DNA of 64,000 bases. Source: an uncultured bacterium (GTDB taxonomy: Bacteria; Chloroflexota; UBA5177; JANWHV01). The notes under the pieces are model-generated. The model ran no database searches, was not told the origin of the DNA, and was given only the letters and a program-made list of their open reading frames with translations. A program made the translations under genes and the position numbers. The stretch covers positions 1,088,001 to 1,152,000 of the forward strand of contig CAVSOU010000010.1 of the NCBI GenBank assembly GCA_963729625.1. Reading direction: 5' to 3'. Below are positions 28,037 through 37,685 of the stretch, one piece after another. Positions within the stretch are counted from its first letter, which is position 1, and each line of letters begins with the position of its first letter.

Positions 28037-29464
28037 CTAGAGGTTTGCGAGATCATTCTGATACTGTTTGTACTGCGCCTCGGCCAGGGTCTGGATGGCC
28101 TGCGCGCCCTGCGCAGCGGTCATCTTGCCCAGCCGAACCGACTGGGACGAGCTGACGATGGCATCGATGATCTTGTTGTAGTAGCCAACCTCGCCGATAT
28201 GCTTGCAAGTCTCGTACATGGTCCTGACTTGCGGAATGCCGTCCACCTGATACGTCGCGTTCGTGGAGTACGGCTTGGCGAAGCGAGATATGTCGTGGTC
28301 GAGAATCGGCTTCCAGGCGACAATGGCCACACCACCATAGATCCGGTCATAGATTATCTGGCCGGCATACGAGCATACCAGTCGCAGGAAGGCATCCGCC
28401 GCGTTCGGGCTATGGGCCTTGGAGGACTCAACCAGGCCCCACCCCTGTCCGGAACCCACCGCGACCGGCACGTTACCGTTCACCTTCGGGCTGCCGGAGA
28501 TCTGGAAGTCGTAACCCAGCGCGGGACCAAAGATCGAGGCTGACCCGTTGGTCAGGCTGATCGCGCATTCGCCCTTCAGCGCCACGTTCTCCACGGCAAT
28601 GTTGTCACCCCATTCGCGCTCGATCCCCATCTTGACAGGGGTCTCTACGTGGAGCTTCATCGCCTCGACGCCGGCCGGAGAATTATAGTTGAACTTCTTG
28701 GTTGCAGGATCGAATACAGGCGTACCCTGGGTCTCGATGAGCATGTTGATGGCCGCATCGTCCCAGCCCTCGCCGCACAGGCCGTAACGGGTGACTTTGC
28801 CGCCGGACGACGCTTGCAGCGCCTTGGCTAGCTTGAACAGCTGGTCATAGCTGTCGAACCAGAACGACCCGTTCGTGGGCGGATACTGGCTGGCCAGGCC
28901 CGCTGCCTTGACCAGGTCGACCCGCACGTTGCAGAACGAGCCCAGACCGCCATCGCATTCCAGCGGCACACCATAGATTTTGCCGCGCCATGAGAACTCG
29001 TCAACCCCATCGCCGACAATATCGCGAGATATGACGATATGGTTGGCGTCGTATACGTTGCTCTTGATATCCTTCAAGGCGCCTTGGGCGGCGAGCAGCG
29101 TGAGGTTCTGGCCGGTGTTCGCACAGATGTCGGGCTGCGTACCCGCGGCGGTTGCGGCAATGAACTTGGTAGCGACAATCGCCGAGTTCAGGGCCGCCGC
29201 TGCTTGCGGTCTGAGGGAGATAGTCGTCCCCGTCTGCTTCTTGAATAGAGCAATTTGCTCGTTGAAGGCATTGATGTGGGGCTGCCACAGCATACACCAC
29301 ATTGTCGCTGTGGATTCGAGGCTTGCCGCACGTACCGCCGCCGGGGCCGCCTCGGCTACCGATTTGACGCCTGCCTCGAGACCGGTGGCCACGGCCATGC
29401 CGGCGCCAACCGTTCCTGCCGCAGCCTTAAGAAAATCACGCCTACTCGTTGGCCTTGCACTCAT
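28037..29464 (-). CDS. Sugar ABC solute-binding protein with Tat signal
   Basis: SRRDFLK, AAGTQPDI and GKIYGVP motifs; upstream of two permeases. Confidence 0.9.
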   Translation of the reverse strand: MSARPTSRRDFLKAAAGTVGAGMAVATGLEAGVKSVAEAAPAAVRAASLESTATMWCMLWQPHINAFNEQIALFKKQTGTTISLRPQAAAALNSAIVATKFIAATAAGTQPDICANTGQNLTLLAAQGALKDIKSNVYDANHIVISRDIVGDGVDEFSWRGKIYGVPLECDGGLGSFCNVRVDLVKAAGLASQYPPTNGSFWFDSYDQLFKLAKALQASSGGKVTRYGLCGEGWDDAAINMLIETQGTPVFDPATKKFNYNSPAGVEAMKLHVETPVKMGIEREWGDNIAVENVALKGECAISLTNGSASIFGPALGYDFQISGSPKVNGNVPVAVGSGQGWGLVESSKAHSPNAADAFLRLVCSYAGQIIYDRIYGGVAIVAWKPILDHDISRFAKPYSTNATYQVDGIPQVRTMYETCKHIGEVGYYNKIIDAIVSSSQSVRLGKMTAAQGAQAIQTLAEAQYKQYQNDLANL

Positions 29465-29623
29465 AGCATTCAACTCCTCTGTGAGGTTCCAGTGTGATGA
29501 CTAAGTGCTAACGATTCCCGTAGGCAGCCGGCTCCTCTCTCTTCACCTCCTACCACTCAGCCCGACCGTCGCAAATGGGCAGCCGAGGCGCCTTCCAACT
29601 CTGACGAGACTGGAACGCATTTC

Positions 29624-29661
29624 ACTCTAGCTCATAATCGCTGCTAGTGTCAACAGTCAGC
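29624..29661 (-). promoter_or_regulatory. Promoter TTGACA-N18-TAGAGT with candidate operator GTCAAC-A-GTCAGC over the -35
   Basis: On the plus strand, TGTCAA at 29648-29653 and ACTCTA at 29624-29629; upstream of the second ABC operon. Confidence 0.6.
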
Positions 29662-29965
29662 AATAGGGCAGGTACGGTCTGCAGATAGTCAAGGAACCCG
29701 CTTGGACTCGGACGAATAGGCTCTCGACTGGCCGATCCGAATGCTGCAGGCGGCCACCACAAGCAGATCAATCCGGCCGCGCGTCTCTTCTAGCCGACTT
29801 CGTCGAAGGCTCCTTGGCCTACGTGCACTCGCCTATCGAGCGTTTCCCTCGCAGAGCCTTCAGTCCGCCCGGCAGATCGTGCGGTGGCATGGGTCCTGAA
29901 AGCACATACTCCCAGCTGACCTCAAGCATATACTCCCTTCTGATCATCGGACCTCAGCGGATTCG

Positions 29966-31441
29966 CTACCCGTACGACCGGATATACACGGCCTTGTGGT
30001 CCGAAAAGAACTGAGCCCCAGCTCTCCCGGCCTCCGGCAGGCCGCGAGCGGAATCCTTCACGCCACCGAACTCGAGCTGCGGCTCCTTCCAGGAAGTCGG
30101 CATGTTGACGTGGCACAGGCCTGCTTCAACTTCTTCGACAAAACGATGCGCCCTTGCCAGATCATTGGTATAGATCGAGGCCGCGAGTCCATAGGTACTG
30201 TCGTTGGCCAGATCGATCGCGTCGTCGAAATCCGCCGCACGCATCACGGAAAGCACCGGGCCAAAGATTTCCTCCTGGGCGATCCTCATGCCCGGAGTGA
30301 CTTCGGCGAAAACCGTGGGCGCTACGAAGTACCCACTCGCACGCGTGCCATCCGTGAGAGCGATGCCGCCGCGGCACAGCCGGGCGCCCTCCCGCGTTCC
30401 AATCTCCAGGTATTCCAGGATCGTCTGATACTGTTTCGCGCCGGCCACTGGCCCCATGCGCGTGCTTTCGTCGAGGCCGCTCCCCACGACGATTTGATCC
30501 ACGCCTGCAGCCAGCCTCTCGAGGAAGGCGTCGTAGATTGGCGCTTCGACGATCGCTCTGCTCGTCGACGTACACCATTGGCCGCTGCAGGAATAGGCGC
30601 CAAGCAGTGTCGCCCCCACCGCCGCGTCGAGGTCGGCGTCGGCGAGCACGACCAGCGGGTTCTTGCCGCCCATTTCCAGCTGCACCCTGGTGCGGCGATG
30701 CGCGACCTTCGCGGCTATGCTCAGACCGACTTCGGTCGAGCCGGTGAACGAGATCGCCCGTACCTCCGGATGCGTCACCAGGCTGTCGCCGATCACCGAT
30801 CCACGGCCCGTCACGAGGTTGATAACGCCTGGAGGGAACCCCACCTGATTGACGATCTCGACCAGGAGCGCCGCCGTCATTGGGGTGAACTCCGCCGGCT
30901 TGAGCACGCAACAATTCCCCGCGATCACGGCTGGGAAGAGCTTGCGGCATGCCACGTTCAGTGGAAAGTTCCAGGGCGTGATCAGACTGACGACCCCCAG
31001 CGGCTGCCGCGTGAGGTAACACAGCACCCCGGGTTTCTCGGAGGGCACGAGGTCGCCTCCCAGTCGGCGCCCTTCCCCAATCTGGAACTCGGCCTCCTTC
31101 ACGGCCGATTCGAATTCCGCACGCGCTTCCCGCAGGGTCTTGCCATTTTCGAGCGTGATGGCGCGCGTAAAGTCGTCCTGGCGCTGCCTGAGCACTCGCA
31201 CTACCTCTTGCAGCAAGGCGGCCCGCGCCGGCACGGGCGTGCGGCGCCAGCCAGGAAAGGCCGCGGCGGCAGCCTCCATGGCATCGCCAACGTCCTCCGG
31301 TGACGAGGCCTGAACTTCGCAGAGGACTTCGTCACGGTCGGCAGGATTGATATCAGGGACCGTTGCGCCTGACCTGCAGCGCATCCAATGGCCGCCGACA
31401 TAGTTCTCAAAGGTTCGCACGCCAATCTGCCCGGCTACCAT
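29966..31441 (-). CDS. Aldehyde dehydrogenase (KGSADH-like subfamily)
   Basis: ITPWNFP, LKPAE, FTGSTEVG, LEMGGKNP, catalytic SGQWCTS, EEIFGPV and FGGVKDS. Confidence 0.93.
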   Translation of the reverse strand: MVAGQIGVRTFENYVGGHWMRCRSGATVPDINPADRDEVLCEVQASSPEDVGDAMEAAAAAFPGWRRTPVPARAALLQEVVRVLRQRQDDFTRAITLENGKTLREARAEFESAVKEAEFQIGEGRRLGGDLVPSEKPGVLCYLTRQPLGVVSLITPWNFPLNVACRKLFPAVIAGNCCVLKPAEFTPMTAALLVEIVNQVGFPPGVINLVTGRGSVIGDSLVTHPEVRAISFTGSTEVGLSIAAKVAHRRTRVQLEMGGKNPLVVLADADLDAAVGATLLGAYSCSGQWCTSTSRAIVEAPIYDAFLERLAAGVDQIVVGSGLDESTRMGPVAGAKQYQTILEYLEIGTREGARLCRGGIALTDGTRASGYFVAPTVFAEVTPGMRIAQEEIFGPVLSVMRAADFDDAIDLANDSTYGLAASIYTNDLARAHRFVEEVEAGLCHVNMPTSWKEPQLEFGGVKDSARGLPEAGRAGAQFFSDHKAVYIRSYG

Positions 31442-32226
31442 ATGGTGAACCCTCCGTCGATATAAAGGACAGAGCCGGTCATGAAGGAGGATGCGCTAGA
31501 TGCCAGGAACACAATCGCCCCTTTGAGCTCGTCGAGCTCCCCGTAACGCTTCATCGGCGTTCCGGCAATAATGCGCTCCCTGATCGCTGCGCTGCTGGCG
31601 CTGACGGCGGTTTGAGGCGTCAGAATATACCCTGGGGCGAGGGCATTCACGCGGATGCCATACCCTGCCCACTCCGCGGCCATTCCTCGCGTCAACTGGG
31701 CGATCCCCGCCTTTGCCACGCAGTAGGTCACGTTATGCCGCGGCAGGATGTTGCTGATCACGGTCGCATTGATCGACGCGATGTTGATGATCACGCCACC
31801 GCGACCCCGGCCGATCATGCGCTGCGCGACTCGCTTACCCACGTAGAACGCGCTGGAGAGATTGACGTCGACGATGTCCCTCCAGAGCTCATCGTCAACA
31901 GTCTCCAGCGCAACACCCTCCGACGGGTGTGCCGCGTTATTGACCAAAATGTCAACAGGCCCCAGCGCATCCTCGACGTCAAGCAGAAACCTGTCGATCT
32001 GGGCGGAGTCGGAGACGTCGGCCCGTCCAAAATAGGCCGGATGGCCGAGCGCTTCCAGCTCTGCCCGCGTGCGCTCGCCCTCGTCGGCGAGCAGATCACA
32101 GATCGCCACGCGCGCACCGGCTTCGGCCAGGGCAAGCGCGTGCTGCCGGCCAAGCGCGCGCGCACCGCCGGTCACCACCGCCACCCGGTCAGTCAGCTTG
32201 AATCGCTCCAGGACGTTCTCGCCCAT
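31435..32226 (-). CDS. Short-chain dehydrogenase/reductase (polyol/sugar dehydrogenase type)
   Basis: TGGARALG, NNAA, IAS, YCVAK, RVNALAPGY and IDGGFT motifs. Confidence 0.92.
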   Translation of the reverse strand: MGENVLERFKLTDRVAVVTGGARALGRQHALALAEAGARVAICDLLADEGERTRAELEALGHPAYFGRADVSDSAQIDRFLLDVEDALGPVDILVNNAAHPSEGVALETVDDELWRDIVDVNLSSAFYVGKRVAQRMIGRGRGGVIINIASINATVISNILPRHNVTYCVAKAGIAQLTRGMAAEWAGYGIRVNALAPGYILTPQTAVSASSAAIRERIIAGTPMKRYGELDELKGAIVFLASSASSFMTGSVLYIDGGFTIW

Positions 32227-32906
32227 CACTCCGCCGGCCACGTGGCTTCGCCAAATACCGCGTGCCAGTCCGCGAGGAATCCATGCATCCGCATGTCGGT
32301 GAAAGGGTGCTCGAACAGCATCTTCAGGAATTCGAATCTGAGCGTGCAGATATCGGTGCCTGCCGCTGCAAAGTCGCCGAAGGAACGAGGGAAGCGCCCG
32401 CACGAGAGGATCTTGGTCGTGAAGCCATAATTCTGGAAAATCTGGCGGATCGGCCTGACCAGCTCCACCGGCTGGTCTACGACCTGGTCGAGCGGCCCGT
32501 TGAAGACGGCGACGATGTCTGCCCCGCATTTGCCGGCCAGATAGGCTTGCGCCACCGACGCGACGGCTGTGATGGCAATCGGCATGGCCGGATCTTCCTG
32601 TTTCAGGGCCTGTAGCGCCTGAATCCCGGCCACGCTCATAGGCAGCTTCACCACGATCTGCTCGGAGAACCGATGTAGCCAGCGCGCTTGCGCTACGAGC
32701 TGTCCGCGTTCATGCCAACCGACTGCCTGGCAGAGGACGACGCCAGGGGCCACGTCGAGGACGCGGCGCAAGGCGCCGCGCATGTCCGGACCCGCTTTGG
32801 CGATGAGCGATGGGTTGGTAGTGACGCCCTGGATAATGCCCCATTCCCTCGCCTGCAGGATCTCCTCTGGATTGGAGCTATCGATGAACAGCTGCATATC
32901 TGTCAC
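32226..32906 (-). CDS. Small transaldolase/fructose-6-phosphate aldolase family protein, atypical active site
   Basis: LFIDS, GVTTNPSLI, Schiff-base VVKLP, C-terminal HPFTD...FLADW. Confidence 0.88.
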   Translation of the reverse strand: MTDMQLFIDSSNPEEILQAREWGIIQGVTTNPSLIAKAGPDMRGALRRVLDVAPGVVLCQAVGWHERGQLVAQARWLHRFSEQIVVKLPMSVAGIQALQALKQEDPAMPIAITAVASVAQAYLAGKCGADIVAVFNGPLDQVVDQPVELVRPIRQIFQNYGFTTKILSCGRFPRSFGDFAAAGTDICTLRFEFLKMLFEHPFTDMRMHGFLADWHAVFGEATWPAE

Positions 32907-34636
32907 CTCTCAAACAAGTCCTCAGCCAGGGTGCCGACGTAGTCAGCGATGCATTGTTGGTAGGCTCGGTAAAACTCGGGCGACAACGTGTAGAACTGCT
33001 CACGGTTAGCCATCTGTCCGTTCGCGGTGCGCCGGCCAACATAGGCAAATCCGTAATGGTGAAACACCATGTGTCTGCGGGACGGTCTTCGGTCGGCACT
33101 CTGCTCGTATGCGCGAAGGCACTCGCTCGCAAAATCGGAACCCGCCTCTGCCTCGTCACGCGCATAGGCAAGCGCGTCGTCCCACCAGCGCTGAAAGAGC
33201 TCCGGGTCATACTCCTGCAGCAGGTCGGCAAACAACAACTGCGGCATGGGGGAGATCTTGTAGTGCAGCCGGCCCCCGGTCGCGCGCCGCAGCGCTGCCC
33301 GCACCGGTGTGGAAAGATCGTCGGCGGAATGGAAATCCAGCATCACGCCGAACTCGCCGGCGATGGCCTGCAACGTGGCGACGCGCCGTTCCAATGCCGC
33401 CAAACCGTCGGCTCCGCGGTAGTCCCATCCCTTCTCAGCCCCGTAGTTCGGCGCCACGTGCGTGACGGGAAGGCCCCGGCGAACGATCTCCCGCAGCAGA
33501 AAGAGCAGCTCTTCCGGGCTGGTCAAACAGTCGAACGCATCGACCTCCACGGGATGCTCGTCCACTGTGAGCTCGAGGTCGAAGGTTTGACCGTCTTTGA
33601 GTGTGCTGATCGCTGTGGACAGGTCCTCGAGAGTGTTCAGCGCATCCCAGTACTTTGCCGCCAGCCGGTTGGTAAGCTCTTCGCTCGAACTCAAGGTCGT
33701 GTCGCCAACCCGGAACGGCGCACGATGAGCGCGCAGGATAGCGTGACGCTCCGCCGCGTCGCCAACGTTTCGCTCGAGGTAGCTCATGTCGGCCGAGCCG
33801 CTCAAAGCCTCATAGTGCAGGATGTCCGCCATGTCCATGGTGAAGAATGTGTAGTAGCGGGAAGCCTCGATCAGCCGCCGAGCGCGCGCAAGGCCATCCG
33901 GGCCACGCTTGACTTGCAGGTGATCGGCGTCGGCGCCGTAGCGCAGCGCTGCCTCCTCCTGCAGGCCCGCCAGGGCGCCCGCGAGCCAGAGCCCTTCGTA
34001 GGTGCTGCCGGTGTAGCCGCTCTCGATCGTGCCGAAGCCGCAGGCGTAATTCCGCTCGGGCGGGCGTCCCGCGAGCACATCCTCCAGGATACTGAGCTCG
34101 CGAACCGAGTTCTGGATTGGATTGGCTGCGAAGCCGTGGGTGCGCATCGCCTGAAAGACTCCCGGCCAGACCGCGGTGGTCATGCGACAGCCTATTCCCA
34201 GGCGAGGAATGGCGCCCAGAGGACTAGGGCCTTTGTGAGGGGCAAGCAGCCGCAAGAAGCGGTCGAGAACCGGCGCGTCGGCAGGATAGGCCGCTACGGC
34301 AAGCCCATCACTCAAGCGCATGGTCCCCAGCGGTCTACCCAGTGTTTGGACGCCTCCGCCAAGGCCGAGCTCGAGCAGGACCTGCTGTCCGTCTGTCAGC
34401 CCAGCCAGGCAAAACGCAGCGGCGCCGCGATGGACGACAGCGGCGCGCGGCAGGCTCACGCCGGTCGACCCACACCAGCCGGCAGTACGCACACCGTGCA
34501 ACGCACTGCGCCACTCTTCTCCGACCTGGCAGATTGCCTGCCAGGCTCGCTCGCGCTCCCACGTCGACGTGGCCAGAATGGCTGGATTCGTGGCCGGGTC
34601 AATGCCCAGCCGCCGATAGTCTTGGTCATTCCCCAT
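32903..34636 (-). CDS. uxaE: Tagaturonate/fructuronate epimerase (UxaE family)
   Basis: LGIGCR, QNSVREL, YGADADHL, YTFFTMD, ELTVDE, HVAP, FHSADD and HYK motifs. Confidence 0.78.
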   Translation of the reverse strand: MGNDQDYRRLGIDPATNPAILATSTWERERAWQAICQVGEEWRSALHGVRTAGWCGSTGVSLPRAAVVHRGAAAFCLAGLTDGQQVLLELGLGGGVQTLGRPLGTMRLSDGLAVAAYPADAPVLDRFLRLLAPHKGPSPLGAIPRLGIGCRMTTAVWPGVFQAMRTHGFAANPIQNSVRELSILEDVLAGRPPERNYACGFGTIESGYTGSTYEGLWLAGALAGLQEEAALRYGADADHLQVKRGPDGLARARRLIEASRYYTFFTMDMADILHYEALSGSADMSYLERNVGDAAERHAILRAHRAPFRVGDTTLSSSEELTNRLAAKYWDALNTLEDLSTAISTLKDGQTFDLELTVDEHPVEVDAFDCLTSPEELLFLLREIVRRGLPVTHVAPNYGAEKGWDYRGADGLAALERRVATLQAIAGEFGVMLDFHSADDLSTPVRAALRRATGGRLHYKISPMPQLLFADLLQEYDPELFQRWWDDALAYARDEAEAGSDFASECLRAYEQSADRRPSRRHMVFHHYGFAYVGRRTANGQMANREQFYTLSPEFYRAYQQCIADYVGTLAEDLFER

Positions 34637-34815
34637 GGTTTCGCTCCAGCACCGCTATCGGCTCCCAGACTACAACGAGCCCACCCGTACTTCGACCAAC
34701 AGCCTTGCCGCCGGGCGGTTCTCAATTTCCACCGAGCACCGAACCGTTGCGTCAAACGCCGGCTTGTCCACCTCACCTTCACCACAGTAGAACCGCGCCA
34801 GTTGGGCCCAATTCC

Positions 34816-34828
34816 GTCAACAGTATAC
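34816..34828. promoter_or_regulatory. Candidate operator GTCAAC-A-GTATAC upstream of the uxaE operon
   Basis: Identical 13-mer at 51671-51683; contains a minus-strand TATACT. Confidence 0.65.
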
Positions 34829-34829
34829 A

Positions 34830-35915
34830 TTACTCCTGGCAGTAGCGTTGCAGCTTCGACTGGAAACCCGGCCGTTCAAGCACGTCCCCGTTCAGGATGT
34901 TGTCAGGCAGCCGGCCATGCGATAATTCCAGCATGCCTTCGATGATCGGCACGATCGTGGCCCTGCCTGCCTGCCGCGTGGAGGCCAGCCAGTGCGGCGT
35001 GAGAATCACATTGTCGAGCTGCAACAGTGAACTGGAAAGCGGCAGCGGTTCTGTCGCGAACACGTCCAATCCGGCGCCGGCAATTCTCCGCTCTCGCAAG
35101 AACCGCGCCAACACCTCTTCCTCCACCAGCTCGCCGCGCGCCACGTTGACGAGATAGGCAGTTTGCTTCATGATGCCAAGCTCGCGCTCGCCGATCAGGT
35201 CCCGCGTCGTCTCCGTCAGCCGGCAGTGGAGACTCAGATAGTCCGACTCGCGCAGAACGTGCCCGAGGCTCCCAACCAAAGTGACGCCGAGGGCGCTTGC
35301 GCTCGCCGGGTCAGCATGGGGCGAATAAGCGATGATCCGCATGCCAAAGGGCGCGATGAGGCGCGCCAACTCCAATCCGGTTTTGCCCAGACCAATGATC
35401 CCCAATGTCTGCCCGGTCAGATCATCGCCGAGCGCCTCGTTCTGCAAATCCCAGCGATAGTCGCGGATAATCCGCTCTTGCAGAAAGTATCGCCTGGACA
35501 GCCCGAGAATCAAGAATAGGGCCGCCGACGCGGTCGAATGCGTGAGGCCGTATGGCGAGTTGAAGACGACGACATCGTTTGCGGTGCAGGCGGCCAGATC
35601 GATCTTGTCATAGCCGATTCCGGCACGCCCGATGCCGATCAGACTGTCAGCTCCGCCGGCAAATGCGCAGGCCTTGACCCACGGACGGCAGACGACGATG
35701 CCGTTTGACACTGCGACATGGTGAGTCTCAATCTGCATCGAATACAGCAGGTCCTGATACGTCGGGTCATTGGATCTCGGCTGCTGATCTACCAGAAAGC
35801 CTCGCCGGACATGAGGTGCGAGGTCAAGCAGGTCCCAGCCCAGCCCCATGGACTGGTCGGAGCTCCCATCACTCATATCTCCAGTGAAATTCAACACGAA
35901 GTCTCGCACAGTCAT
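34830..35915 (-). CDS. D-2-hydroxyacid dehydrogenase
   Basis: GIGYD, GLGKTG, SLHC, NVARG, GLDVFATEP and TPH motifs. Confidence 0.9.
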   Translation of the reverse strand: MTVRDFVLNFTGDMSDGSSDQSMGLGWDLLDLAPHVRRGFLVDQQPRSNDPTYQDLLYSMQIETHHVAVSNGIVVCRPWVKACAFAGGADSLIGIGRAGIGYDKIDLAACTANDVVVFNSPYGLTHSTASAALFLILGLSRRYFLQERIIRDYRWDLQNEALGDDLTGQTLGIIGLGKTGLELARLIAPFGMRIIAYSPHADPASASALGVTLVGSLGHVLRESDYLSLHCRLTETTRDLIGERELGIMKQTAYLVNVARGELVEEEVLARFLRERRIAGAGLDVFATEPLPLSSSLLQLDNVILTPHWLASTRQAGRATIVPIIEGMLELSHGRLPDNILNGDVLERPGFQSKLQRYCQE

Positions 35916-36241
35916 ATCTCCATCCTGCGCCCTGCACGGTGCCGGCACGTAGGAGCGGCCAAGCTCGCACGGTCGGCCACCGCTCCCAGAATGCGCGAGT
36001 ACACCGAAAGAGTCTGCTCGTCGGAAGCGCGATTTCCAAGTTCGATTGCACGGACTTACCGCCAGGCGTCACGGCGCGTCAGCTCGCCTCGTTCGTCTCC
36101 GCGGGCGATCCCTGTCCCTGCGGGCCCGCCACTACTACCGGTTCCTTGACATCCGCTTCAGTGGTAACCTCGATGTGCGCGTCAGTCGCCCACCACAGGT
36201 ATGCAACTATGCATGGCTTGTCACGCGCCACCGACTGCCCG

Positions 36242-36303
36242 ATCCTACGCTCAGCCCCGCACGCTGTCAACAGTTGACGAGAGTCGGAAATCCAGAGTAT
36301 GGT
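36242..36303. promoter_or_regulatory. Divergent back-to-back promoters sharing the palindrome GTCAAC-A-GTTGAC
   Basis: Minus strand TTGACA-N17-TAGGAT (36270 to 36242); plus strand TTGACG-N18-TATGGT (36274-36303). Confidence 0.72.
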
Positions 36304-36347
36304 TATTGCCAGGCTAACAGCGTGTCGCCGGTGCAAGGGAGGTTGCA

Positions 36348-37625
36348 ATGACACTCACGTCTCGCGCGCGCGTTGAGCTGGCGCTGCAGCATCAGGAATC
36401 GGATCGCGTCCCTCTTGACCTCGGAAGCAATACCGAAACCGGGATGCACGTGTCTTCCGTGTACAGGCTGCGGCAGGCTCTTCGACTTGACCCACCGGGC
36501 ACGCCCGTCAGAGTAGTCCAGCCGTACCTGATGCTCGGCGAGATCGGTCATGACCTGGTCGACGTGCTGGGCGTCGACGTCGTCGGCCTGGGCTTGCCGA
36601 CCACGTCGGTCGGCTTCAAGAATGAAGGGTGGAAGCCCTGGACCACGTTTGACGGCACGCCGGTGTTGGTTCCGGCAGGCTTCAACACGGAGCCGGCCCC
36701 AAACGGCGACATACTGATGTATCCGTGCGGCGACAGGTCCGTGCCGGCCTGCGCGCGGATGCCCAAAGGTGGTTTCTATTTCGATGCCATTAGCCGACAG
36801 GCGCCTATCGACGACGACAAGCTGAACGTGGACGACAACCTTGAAGAGTTCGGCGAAATCAGCGACGACGATCTCTCTCACCTGCAACGGGAGAGCGCGC
36901 GATTGGCGGCGACCGGCAAGGCAATCATGGCAAACTTCGGCGGCACGTCGTTTGGGGATATCGGGACGGTGCCAGGGCTCAAGCTGAGACATCCAAAAGG
37001 CGTACGCGATGTCGAGGAATGGTACATCAGCCTTAACTCGCGACGGGACTACATCTACAACGTCTTCGAACGGCAGCGCGACATCGCGCTGAAGAATCTC
37101 GAGAAGATTCACCATGTTGTGGGCGATAGTGTTACTGCCGTTCGCGTGACGGCAGCGGACTTTGGGGCGCAGCAGGGTCCCTTCATCGGGCCAAAGACGT
37201 ACAGAGCTCTCTTCAAGCCGTTCCACGTGCGAGTCAACGACTGGATTCACGCCAACACATCCTGGAAGTGCGTCATTCACTCATGCGGATCAATCTGGCG
37301 ACTGCTTGACGACATCGTGGATGCTGGCTTCGATGCGTTGAATCCGGTGCAGACTTCCGCTGCAGAGATGGACCCGGCGATGCTAAAGCGGCGCTATGGT
37401 GACCGGCTCACCTTTTGGGGCGGAGGAATCGACACGCAGCACGTTCTTCCGTTCGGCACGCCGGACGAGATTCGCGAGATGGTTCGAGATCGCATGCGGA
37501 TTTTTGCTCCCGGAGGCGGCTTTGTATTCAACACCATACACAACGTGCAAGCAGGCATACCTGCGGCCAATCTGCTGGCGCTCTACCAGGCAGTGGAAGC
37601 GTATCGGTCATACCCGGTTGACTAG
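36348..37625 (+). CDS. URO-D/MtaA-CmuA family protein, long type (2)
   Basis: SRARV...DRVPLDLG, ADFGAQ, HSCG, NPVQ, FWGGGIDTQHVLPFGT and NTIHNVQ motifs. Confidence 0.88.
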   Translation: MTLTSRARVELALQHQESDRVPLDLGSNTETGMHVSSVYRLRQALRLDPPGTPVRVVQPYLMLGEIGHDLVDVLGVDVVGLGLPTTSVGFKNEGWKPWTTFDGTPVLVPAGFNTEPAPNGDILMYPCGDRSVPACARMPKGGFYFDAISRQAPIDDDKLNVDDNLEEFGEISDDDLSHLQRESARLAATGKAIMANFGGTSFGDIGTVPGLKLRHPKGVRDVEEWYISLNSRRDYIYNVFERQRDIALKNLEKIHHVVGDSVTAVRVTAADFGAQQGPFIGPKTYRALFKPFHVRVNDWIHANTSWKCVIHSCGSIWRLLDDIVDAGFDALNPVQTSAAEMDPAMLKRRYGDRLTFWGGGIDTQHVLPFGTPDEIREMVRDRMRIFAPGGGFVFNTIHNVQAGIPAANLLALYQAVEAYRSYPVD

Positions 37626-37685
37626 CGCGCCGGATGGAAATGTAGTCGAACTACGTCAAGGACTGACCGGCCTTAGCCGTTGCAA

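Noticed and set aside
24793-29520. CIRCE element for the GroEL-like gene (partial TTAGCA at 25823 and AGTGCTAA near 29504)
   Set aside because: Only isolated half-matches, far from the gene; no TTAGCACTC-N9-GAGTGCTAA.
29996-34945. Long plus-strand ORFs (435, 355 and 663 aa) and similar antisense ORFs elsewhere
   Set aside because: Shadow ORFs opposite well-supported genes, as expected in high-GC DNA; no family motifs.
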